DNA of 35,467 bases from contig CALGHC010000490.1 in NCBI GenBank assembly GCA_937915965.1, forward strand, positions 1 to 35,467. Direction: 5' to 3'. The DNA is from an uncultured Myxococcales bacterium (GTDB lineage: Bacteria > Myxococcota_A > UBA9042). Made by a program: the position numbers and the translations under genes. This document shows positions 13,201 through 19,405 of the stretch, piece by piece. Numbering within the stretch: position 1 is the stretch's first letter; every line of letters starts with the position of its first letter. A model generated the notes under the pieces. It did not search any database and was not told the origin of the DNA. It was given only the letters and a program-made list of their open reading frames with translations.

Positions 13201-15903
13201 GGTGACGACTGCAATGACGAGAACGCAGCGTCGAAGCCCGGCGGCCTGGAGCTGTGTGACGACGTCGACAACAACTGCAACGGCATCGTCGACGAGGACT
13301 GCGACTCGGACAACGACAACTTCTGTGACGCCAGCGCCGAGCTGCTCTTCGGTAACTGCTGCGACGCGCACGTCGGTAAGGGCTGCACCGACGCGACCGT
13401 CCAGGCGTGCGTGTGCAATACGTATGCGACCTGCTGCAACACGGCGTGGGACGCTTCGTGCGCCCAGGCGGCCAGCGATCTGGGTTGCAGCACTTGCGAC
13501 TTCCCGTCGACCTGCACGGCGGGCGGAGCGGACTGCGACGACGACTCCAACTCGATCAACCCCGACGCGCTGGAGAACTGCAGCACGCCAGACGACGACA
13601 ACTGCAACGGTCTGACGGACGAGATCAACGCGGTGGGCTGCACGAAGTACTACTACGACAACGACGGCGACGGCTACGGCACGGCGCAGTTCGAGTGTCG
13701 CTGTGTCGCCAACGGCAAGTTCAACGCCACACAGGCTGGCGACTGCGACGACAACGATCCGACCTCGTACAGCGGTGCGGCGGCCGAGATCTGCGACGGC
13801 AAGGACAACAACTGCAACAGCGTCATCGATGAGGGCTGCGACGCCGACAAGGACGGCTACTGCGACGCCGGCCTGCAGGTGACCTCCAAGGTCGCGTGCC
13901 CCAGCACGACGATCACAGGCGGCAAGGGCGACGACTGCGACGACGCCGATCCGAAGGTCCATCCGGGCGCCAACGAGCTGTGTGACGGCGTCGACAATGG
14001 CTGCAACGGTCAGATCGACGAGAACTGCGACAAGGACGGCGACAAGTTCTGCGACTCGGCGTTGGTCACGGTCGGCACACCGCCGGTCTGCCCCTACGGC
14101 GGCGGCGACTGCAACGACAACGCCGCGGGCCAGAACCCCAACAGCCAGGAGATCTGTGACGGCAAGGACAACAACTGCAACAACGTCACCGATGAGCCAG
14201 GCGCGCTGGGCTGCTCGACGTACTTCTACGATGGCGACCAGGACGGCGTCGGTACGGCCTCGTGGTTGTGCCTGTGCACGGCCGACGGCTTCTACAACTC
14301 GACGAAGACCGACGACTGCGACGACACCTGCCCGACCTGCTACCCAGGCGCGACCGAGGTCTGCGATGGCAAGAACAACGACTGCGACGGCTACGTTGAC
14401 GAAGGTTGCAACAGCGACCCCGATGGCTACTGCACTTCGGCGATGGTGACCATTGGAACGCCTCCGGTCTGTCCGAAGGGCGGCGGTGACTGCAACGACC
14501 TCAATGGCTCGATCAACCCGGGCGCCATCGAGCTGTGCAACAACATCGACGAAAACTGCAACGGCAAGATCGACGAGGGCGCAGGCGACAGCTGCGACCT
14601 GCCAGCGGCGACCGCGACCTGCGTGGCCGGCCAGTGCCAGATCAAGGATTGCGCCGACTACTTCTACAACCTCAACAGCAACCACGCCGACGGCTGCGAG
14701 TGCAACGGCAACGACGTCTACGAGCCCAACGATACGTGCGGCACCGCGACGAACGACGCGATCCCCGCGCTGAGCGACAAGGCGCCGGGCGACTACACCA
14801 GCGTCTCGGGCATGGTCGTGACGACGCAGGATGAGGACTGGTTCCGCTTCCAGGCGACCGACACGGCCGATACGGGCGCCAGTGGCTGTGATCGCTTCAA
14901 CGTGCGGGTGCGCTTCTTGAGCAACCCGGGCAGCCTGGCCATGGAAGTCCACCGGGGCGCGTGCCCGACCGGCAGCAACACGCCGACGGTGTGCTGCGGT
15001 CAGACCGACTTCACCTGGTTCACCAACTTCGCGGGTGGCAAGGTGCCGTCAGCGGCGCATTCCGAGTACGGCGAGTGCCCGTGCACCACCGACAACGCCA
15101 AGTTCGACCAAAGCCAGACCGGCTGGAACTACGGCCCGTCGCAGGGTGGTCCGTATTGCAAGAAGTGGACGAACGGCAAGTGCATCCCGACCGGCTACGA
15201 CCAGACCTGGTGCAACAACGACTCTGCCGAGTTCTTCGTGCGCATCTACAACAAGACGGGCGCGGCGATCTGTGCCCCGTATCAGGTCGAATTCAGCAAC
15301 GGTGTCTACGGCGCGCCGACCACCCAGGGCTACAAGGTTGTCGCTGGCGACCTCAACCTCGCTAAGGGCGGCGGGTCGAACTTCTCGGGCGGTAGCCTGG
15401 TGAACTCGTCGGATGGCACCAAGCTCAACGGCTGGTACGGCAACGCCGGTCAGGCTTGGCAGCTGTGCTACAAGCGCTCGACTCACGGCTACAGCTCGTA
15501 CACCTTCCACAGCCTGTGCAACGGCAAGGGGCCGACCATCACGGTGGTGAGGTCGATCTACAACAGGCTCTTCGGCGGCTACAACGCGTCGTCCTGGTAC
15601 AACGGCTGCGGCTACAACAACAACGGTTCGAACTGGTTGTTCTCACTGACGAGCAACACCAAGCACACGGTCTACCGCTACCCGCAGTACGCGACCTACA
15701 ACTGCAGCCACTATGGACCGACGTTTGGCGGCGGCCACGACATGTACATGGATTCGTCGATGAACTACATGTACACCAACCTGGGCCACACCTATCAGTG
15801 CCAGCCGGGCCAGGGCTACGGTTCAAGCGCCTGCCGCAACTACCTTGCGGGTACGTACAGCGGCAATTACATCAGCGAGGTTGAGGTCTACTACAAGCAG
15901 TAG
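4201..15903 (+). CDS. Giant (~3,900 aa) secreted Cys/Asp-rich repeat lipoprotein. Order: Myxococcus-type Cys repeats, MAM-like, Ig-like and alpha/beta cassette, MopE-like metal-binding array, PPC, TLDc
   Basis: Uninterrupted ORF 3937..15903. Start placed at ATG 4201 for three reasons: the strong SD, the sequence MRNEHLTRALRVALVLFAFVAASC (a signal peptide with a lipobox-like AASC), and codons in 3937-4200 that frequently end in A/T, unlike the rest of the gene. See the sub-features. Confidence 0.9.
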   Translation: MRNEHLTRALRVALVLFAFVAASCAEQEPDAASPGLLTDYAAGVDAEFGVEAFALGSPALGVSNPGPLALFPIESGGSANIDFEFTVDSFSLGKVNCYLDGVAVGSSKTSPYTFVAVTLGVHTLGCVLADDGGTELVNAEARAVVQVKVVAPCAVPSDCDDGNACSQEGCTDGECTYNIVGTCCGSKFDCSAGELCLEANTLDAQCSTCVGDLDCDDEESCTTDKCDLSGEKGVCSNKKSNPECCSTAGDPCDDTLSCTIDSCNVLDGVCEHVKPEGACCTAAECVSGDTCKVGDCVDNECRYGPDNSKPDCCSAQSNPDCDDDYYCSLDYCDQPQAGGWTQCRHEADPDKPICCDITKPVGECVDGEACTFDFCENWECYHQQVEECCTANEQCDDAKFCTDDLCALAPDAVEGDTGSCLHEWQPGCCMDTPDCDDGKFCTLQSCQPGTFTCVYGKPDATCCDDVSECDDGKFCTAKACVNHSCVFGQDNFKPGCCDDVADCDDDNACTIDTCDNETTQCVHIDVEDAECCNTALDCDDGDCTTDDFCDASDKCVYKPSLGKCAEATAAIDCDDGVPCTIDACVVVDGCGTCQYASDPTCCDGDIDCDDDKVCTTDVCTDNVCSHDGTADCCLDDQDALTACDDNNACTTEYCVNNTCRHTAPAGGCCASVDDCTPDGCSTASCKNIVNGIGACEYVTKEDCTCTQLDYATVCDDNNPCTVEGCSDFGDCQHSALDGCCLDKFDCDDGVPCTYDACIFNECLNYEAAGGDAPLCCTVETEAVDCAYLNAECANGKCIEQPDGTRACVAVEKATCTVDIGYCQDFEGGDSLKAMGWNPNDLAGSASGNWGLGTAGGLGPDQNARLTWTPTKVNFDTCLQSPVIQAAGADTVTIQFDREFVLNVGDLDAIYVLGSLDGENVDWTNSLTVDIVPKPQNFGPETYDLKLPSELSGSNGLRLAFCAAGPSTFNLTRFAVDNICVVKGTAPTFTQCPANQTVEVNQTALIPIKALDSDIADIISFSLVKAPSFVKLTSALYFWLDESWNANLTIAPDDLAQVGEHEVTIKVSDGYLYKLCTFKVTVTYQGGVLIWKPSEVPEGNATPVKEAVIDLGKFAQIVDDISLYPDLTKFDAVFVLLGVYPYNHVLVEGEVNGLKLYLAKGGKLYMEGGETWFFDNPTTLHAFFKVTGDVDESPAGVTGPLDGYAAYADVNVTPTKHFQWNYSQDFDWNNANDLIKAKTTVQRTRKILQSSGGQVFTTQVGHDDLIAKYRSIGSSILFGGVLPGPLDTAGDMMERIFWFFDNGFVDCTKHSDCDDGNDCTDDICQDGECSSANTCLCQGLAGPECNGAALTKLITNGGGSTDVVDSYSCDPGVWLGKESAFAYKSDDSRQVSVQLSNISNTNARIFILRETEKGCDPTNCIVSGSDSVDFTAVGGVQFYIVVDVPGQAETAQFDMALTCADPEICDNGVDDNANGLIDCADLGSCCGDAACAETCDGIDDDCDGQVDEDCDDDGDQFCDASMVVKGTPAICVKGGGDCEDLDGTVNPSSVEICLNGKDDNCSGSPDEENADGCVQYYSDLDSDEYGTGAPKCLCAPSGSYKALAGGDCNDANKNVNPGTTEQCDTEDDDNCDGSNNDLNADGCSNFYTDLDDDLWGTTPFKCICVADGVFKSGKPGDCNESDASINPGMAESCNNIDDNCNGQIDEGCDDDGDLYCDIDPVYAPPPGGAPDICPKGPGDTDDTDPSINPEGIEICDGQDNDSNGQVDEGCDDDSDGFCDTAMITIGTPPSCPGGGGDCNDTDELVNPAVKEECNTVYDDNCNGSINDLNALNCTPWFRDADIDLWGTSDNKCLCFPVGQYSAVNPGDCNDSDPVINPAATEICDNIDNDCDDLTDEGCDEDGDEYCNTEMVILGVPTVCPNGAGDCNDSDATVNPSRIEVCANGKDDNCNGTQNDQDATGCTIYYVDEDSDTFGTTSSKCYCEPFGTFKSTNNEDCDDGVAAVNPAALEICDNIDNNCDGVIDEGCDDDNDDNCDASMTTIGTPITCQGGGGDCDDNDASIYKAKTAEVCDDVDDDCNGVIDNGCDDDQDGFCDANLLVAAKTPSVCPKGAGDCDDVNDDVNPEAAEVCGNNLDDNCNGSQNDEDALGCKAFFFDSDEDFYGLNLSKCLCVSAGAFTASQGGDCDDIEKTINPNAVEVCDDVDNNCDGVIDEPNAGGCTPLYYDGDGDSYGIDLTSCVCKPTVPYTATMKGDCNDTNADMNPGASELCNNIDDNCDTQVDEGCNDDGDKFCDAAMTTIGQPAVCALGGGDCDDEDASISPIGNEACNDKDDNCNGTTDEGCDDDLDGYCDANLATTGNPAACSSGGGDCNDLDNAINPGKDEICGNTVDENCSGSDNDEDAVGCKVFYEDGDQDTWGADGGDSKCLCKAEGILVGTKDGDCDDNNELVYNGAVEICDGIDNNCEGTIDEGCDNDSDGYCDSAMTTIGTPPSCPYGGGDCEDEDEAINPGSKEICATPYDDNCDGNLNDVGGDSCTTYYYDSDGDGWGVGVTQCLCAPDGKFTADKSGDCDDTDVGTNPAAAEVCGDGIDNNCNGNPNEVGAENCSQFFKDGDKDGYGFGASVCMCVAYGEYIAAIGGDCNDGDNGVNPGTDELCDGKDNNCLAGIDEDCDGDGDDWCAADKQVVGKPPVCPNGGGDCNDQVPTTYPQAEEICDNVDNNCDDVTDEACDSDKDGWCATGKTVINNPPVCDGGVDDCNDLNSQVYPGKVEICDDIDNNCDGVTDEGCDDDGDNYCDLNMFLAGFPSTCTAGGGDCDDTNAVVNPGAPEICDSLDNNCSAGIDEVCNDDDGDGYCKGSATVSPGCPKGGGDCNDGNPLINPGQTEDCNTEFDDDCNGSLNESGAANCVTWYQDADVDGYGTGAGTCLCFQSGNLTAAAPGDCDDTNGKVNPMATEYCDGIDNDCQGLDSGCDDDGDKYCDANLLVKKGATCVNSTVPGDDSSIPGDDCNDENAASKPGGLELCDDVDNNCNGIVDEDCDSDNDNFCDASAELLFGNCCDAHVGKGCTDATVQACVCNTYATCCNTAWDASCAQAASDLGCSTCDFPSTCTAGGADCDDDSNSINPDALENCSTPDDDNCNGLTDEINAVGCTKYYYDNDGDGYGTAQFECRCVANGKFNATQAGDCDDNDPTSYSGAAAEICDGKDNNCNSVIDEGCDADKDGYCDAGLQVTSKVACPSTTITGGKGDDCDDADPKVHPGANELCDGVDNGCNGQIDENCDKDGDKFCDSALVTVGTPPVCPYGGGDCNDNAAGQNPNSQEICDGKDNNCNNVTDEPGALGCSTYFYDGDQDGVGTASWLCLCTADGFYNSTKTDDCDDTCPTCYPGATEVCDGKNNDCDGYVDEGCNSDPDGYCTSAMVTIGTPPVCPKGGGDCNDLNGSINPGAIELCNNIDENCNGKIDEGAGDSCDLPAATATCVAGQCQIKDCADYFYNLNSNHADGCECNGNDVYEPNDTCGTATNDAIPALSDKAPGDYTSVSGMVVTTQDEDWFRFQATDTADTGASGCDRFNVRVRFLSNPGSLAMEVHRGACPTGSNTPTVCCGQTDFTWFTNFAGGKVPSAAHSEYGECPCTTDNAKFDQSQTGWNYGPSQGGPYCKKWTNGKCIPTGYDQTWCNNDSAEFFVRIYNKTGAAICAPYQVEFSNGVYGAPTTQGYKVVAGDLNLAKGGGSNFSGGSLVNSSDGTKLNGWYGNAGQAWQLCYKRSTHGYSSYTFHSLCNGKGPTITVVRSIYNRLFGGYNASSWYNGCGYNNNGSNWLFSLTSNTKHTVYRYPQYATYNCSHYGPTFGGGHDMYMDSSMNYMYTNLGHTYQCQPGQGYGSSACRNYLAGTYSGNYISEVEVYYKQ
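4651..6660 (+). repeat. About 19 tandem Myxococcus-type cysteine-rich repeats (CC-x3-5-DCDDGxxCTxDxCxxxxC; TIGR02232-like) inside the giant CDS
   Basis: Recurrent units such as CCDDVSECDDGKFCTAKACVNHSC, CCDDVADCDDDNACTIDTCDNETTQC and CCLDKFDCDDGVPCTYDACIFNEC. One extra isolated copy lies at 8116-8210. Confidence 0.8.
6640..7150 (+). other. MAM-like / jelly-roll domain of the giant protein
   Basis: CTVDIGYCQDFEGGDSLKAMGWNPN ... LRLAFCAAGPSTFNLTRFAVDNICVV. This matches the MAM pattern of C-x-F-E start and (I/F)A(I/V)D(D/N)I end. Assigned by eye. Confidence 0.4.
7153..7446 (+). other. Ig-like / cadherin-like domain of the giant protein
   Basis: APTFTQCPANQTVEVNQTALIPIKALDSDIADIISFSLVKAPSFVKL...HEVTIKVSDGYLYKLCTFKVTVT, typical of dystroglycan-type cadherin-like or putative Ig modules. 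Confidence 0.45.
7447..8112 (+). other. Unassigned ~220-aa Cys-free alpha/beta domain of the giant protein
   Basis: VLIWKPSEVPEG...FDAVFVLLGVYPYNHVLVEGEVNGLKLYLAKGGKLYMEGGETWFFD...MMERIFWFFDNG. Contains no Cys and no repeats. The strand-helix-GG-strand pattern recalls GATase1 / ThuA / DUF4159-type folds. Confidence 0.35.
8215..8575 (+). other. PPC-like beta-sandwich domain of the giant protein
   Basis: YSCDPGVWLGKESAFAYKSDDSRQVSVQLSNISNTNARIFILRE...GGVQFYIVVDVPGQAETAQFDMALTC. Confidence 0.35.
8578..14590 (+). repeat. Array of about 30 MopE-like putative metal-binding units (GDCxDxDxxxNPGxxExCDxxDNNCDGxxDEGC; PF11617-like), organised into 18 DEGCDDDGDxxCD super-modules
   Basis: 30 units were counted by eye (GGGDCEDLDGTVNPSSVEICLNGKDDNC ... 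GGGDCNDLNGSINPGAIELCNNIDENCNGKIDEG). 12 interleaved (Y/F)YxDxDxDxxG units are also present. Confidence 0.85.
14701..15300 (+). other. Bacterial pre-peptidase C-terminal (PPC, PF04151-like) domain with a Cys-containing insertion
   Basis: NGNDVYEPNDTCGTATNDAIPAL...DEDWFRFQATD...FNVRVRFLSNPGSLAMEVHRG...AEFFVRIYNKTGAAICAPYQVEFSNG. This shows the classic EPND, DxDW(F/Y)xF and Y-x-(V/L) end. Confidence 0.65.
15385..15900 (+). other. TLDc (TLD, PF07534-like) domain at the extreme C-terminus of the giant protein
   Basis: AWQLCYKRSTHGYSSYTFHSLCNGKGPTITVVRSIYNRLFGGYNASSWY...GSNWLFSLTSN...YGPTFGGGHDMYM. This matches the TLDc pattern W-x-L-x-Y-(R/K)-x-S-x-(D/H)-G-(F/Y)-S ... FH..C(D/N)GKGPT(L/I) ... FGGY ... 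(F/W)LFSL ... GP.FGGG.D(L/M). Confidence 0.7.
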
Positions 15904-15975
15904 GCGAGACCCGCCCGGGCTGCGAGACCAGCCCTGGCTACGAGATCAGCGAGGAGTACGAGACGACGCGGCCGG
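15904..15975. repeat. Degenerate 18-bp tandem repeat x4, starting at the first base after the giant-gene stop codon
   Basis: gcgagacccgcccgggct / gcgagaccagccctggct / acgagatcagcgaggagt / acgagacgacgcggccgg. The (g/a)cgaga(c/t)c core is conserved. Confidence 0.6.
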
Positions 15976-16004
15976 GGTCCATTGGACTCCGGCCGCTGTC
16001 GTCT
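15961..16004. terminator. Long GC-rich hairpin between the convergent giant gene and gatB; probable bidirectional terminator
   Basis: agacgacgcggccggggtcc (15961-15980) pairs with ggactccggccgctgtcgtct (15984-16004). That gives about 20 bp with one bulged T and one G-U pair, and a 3-nt loop. TTGT follows on the plus strand. It lies 58 nt after the giant-gene stop and 32 nt after the gatB stop. Confidence 0.6.
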
Positions 16005-16035
16005 TGTCGGGGCTTGGGGCGTTTGCTGGGCCGGC

Positions 16036-17504
<1,469 letters not shown>

Positions 17505-17508
<4 letters not shown>

Positions 17509-18977
17509 GGTGTCGCCTCCCCGGGCTCGCGGTCCGATCGCTCCAGACAATCGGCGACGCCGAGCAGGGTCGTCTCGTCGAAGGCGCGGCCGATGAGGTG
17601 GAGGCCGGCGGGCATCTCACCGGCGGAGACGGGCATTGGCATCGACAGCGCTGGCAGGCCAGCGAGGTTTACCGCTGTTGTGAAGACGTCCATGAGGTAC
17701 ATGGCCAGCGGATCCCCGGTCTTCTCGGCCAACCGCCACGCTGTGACCGGTGACACGGGGCCGGCTAGCAGATCGCAGTGGCTGAACGCAGCGACGAAAT
17801 CGTCGTGGACGAGGCGGCGCACCTGGCAGGCCTTGCGGTAGTAGGCGTCGTAGTAGCCCGACGAGAGCGCGTAGGTGCCAAGCATGATGCGGCGCTTGAC
17901 CTCGCGGCCGAATCCTTCGCCGCGGCTGCGGGCGATCAGCTGTTCAAGATCACCGCCGTGGGCCGCGCTGCGGTGGCCGAAACGCACGCCGTCATAGCGC
18001 GCGAGGTTGGCGGAGGCCTCGGCGGTGGCGATCAGGTAGTAAGCGGCGATCGACGCGTGGCTGTGCGGCAGCTCGACGTCGACCAGGTCGGCGCCCAGGT
18101 CTCGCAGCCGCTCCAGTCGTTCGCGAACGCGCCGCGACATGGCGGAGTCGAGGCCGTCGGCACCGTCGAGGTGCTCGCGTGCGACACCGACGCGGATCCC
18201 GGCGAGGGACTCGCGGCCGAGGGCGGCTTCGAAGTCGGGGACCGAATGGTCAGCGCAGGTCGAGTCATGTCGGCACGGACCCGCGATGACGCCCAGCAGC
18301 CTGGCGGCGTCGCGCGAGGTCGTGGCGAGGGGACCCACCTGGTCGAGGGACGACGCGAAGGCGACGACGCCGTAGCGCGACACCCGGCCATAGGTGGGTT
18401 TGAGGCCGACGACGCCACATAGGGCAGCAGGCAGCCGGATCGAGCCGCCCGTGTCGCTGCCCAGCGAGCCGAAACCGAAGCCTGCCGCGACCGCGACGGC
18501 CGAGCCGCCGGACGAGCCGCCGGGGACGCGGTCGAGATCGTGCGGGTTGCGCACAGGCCCGAACGCGGATGTCTCGTTGGACGATCCCATCGCAAACTCG
18601 TCGAGGTTGCACTTGCCTATGACGATCGCGCCGGCGGCCGAGACCCGGGCGGCTACGGTCGCGTCGAAGGGTGGTCGGTAGCCCGCGAGGATGCGTGAGC
18701 CGGCCGTCATGGGCATTCCGACCAGGCTGATGTTGTCCTTGAGGGTGATCGGCACGCCACCGAGCCGCCCCAGCGGTTGACCTGCGCGGCGCTGGCTGTC
18801 GATCTGGTCGGCGCGCGCCAGGGCACCTTGAGCGTCGACGTGCAGCAGCGCGCCCAGGCTGGCGTTGTCGCGCTCGACCCGGCCGAGGGCGGCTTCGGTC
18901 GCGGTGCGGCTGGTCAGCTCGCCCGCGGCGATCGCGCGAGCGGTCGCGGTGATGGTCTTGGGGAGGGCCATCGCCAC
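17505..18977 (-). CDS. gatA: Glutamyl-tRNA(Gln) amidotransferase subunit A (amidase signature family)
   Basis: Amidase signature GGSSGGSAVAVAAGFGFGSLGSDTGGSIRLPAA. 490 aa. The start lies 3 nt after the gatC stop. Confidence 0.95.
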
Positions 18978-18980
18978 GAC

Positions 18981-19400
18981 TCAGCTCCTGGGACGGGCGT
19001 CGACGCTGGCGGCGTCGCCGTGGACGAAGCGGGGCAGGACAAAATGCCTGTCCGCTGTGAGCGGCGCGTTGGCGAGGGCCGCGTCGCGGGGAAGACCGGC
19101 TGCGATGGCGTCGGCGCGCTGTGGGGTGGCGGTCCCGGCGGGGTGCAGCATCGGCTCGACGCCCTGCGTGTCGACCGCGGCGAGCTCTGCGACGTAGCCG
19201 AGGATGGCGCTCAGATCGGCGCGCATCGCGGTCGCCTCGGCTTCGTCGAGGTGCAGCCGGGCCAGGCGGGCGACGTGGGCAACCGTCGCCGCGTCGATCG
19301 GCTCGCTCGAGCTGCCAGAGTCGTCCCGCCCGGTGGTCATTCGCCCGGCCGTCATCCGCCCGTTGGTCATTCGCCCGTTGGTCATTCGCCCGTTGGTCAT
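18981..19400 (-). CDS. gatC: Asp/Glu-tRNA amidotransferase subunit C with an N-terminal (MTNGR)n repeat extension
   Basis: The core IDAATVAHVARLARLHLDEAEATAMRADLSAILGYVAELAAVDTQGVEPMLHP is typical GatC. Five in-frame ATGs sit at 19400, 19385, 19370, 19355 and 19340. No start codon lies closer to the core than 19340, so the minimum gene is 18981..19340. Confidence 0.85.
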   Translation of the reverse strand: MTNGRMTNGRMTNGRMTAGRMTTGRDDSGSSSEPIDAATVAHVARLARLHLDEAEATAMRADLSAILGYVAELAAVDTQGVEPMLHPAGTATPQRADAIAAGLPRDAALANAPLTADRHFVLPRFVHGDAASVDARPRS

Positions 19401-19405
19401 TCGCT
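19331..19405. repeat. 15-bp tandem repeat x5 (ggtcattcgcccgtt and variants), each copy carrying an ATG on the minus strand
   Basis: CAT triplets at 19338-40, 19353-55, 19368-70, 19383-85 and 19398-400, exactly 15 nt apart. The repeat encodes MTNGR MTNGR MTNGR MTAGR MTTGR. Confidence 0.9.

Noticed and set aside
8578-14590. Whether the highly repetitive DNA of the giant gene reflects a mobile element, an IS cluster or an assembly artefact.
   Set aside because: One frame stays open for 11.7 kb with coherent protein-level motifs. The units are diverged at the DNA level and are not identical copies. No transposase or terminal inverted repeats are visible. Mis-assembly cannot be fully excluded without reads.
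9667-14952. A 1,761-aa ORF on the minus strand, antisense to the MopE-like array of the giant gene. Similar antisense ORFs occur at 4756..6399 and in several overlapping plus-frame ORFs.
   Set aside because: This is an artefact of composition. The sense strand is dominated by GAC/GGC/TGC/AAC/GTC codons, whose reverse complements (GTC/GCC/GCA/GTT/GAC) never form stops. The antisense translation is monotonous Val/Ala/Asp/Arg with no domain signatures, while the sense frame carries precise, recurrent Cys motifs.
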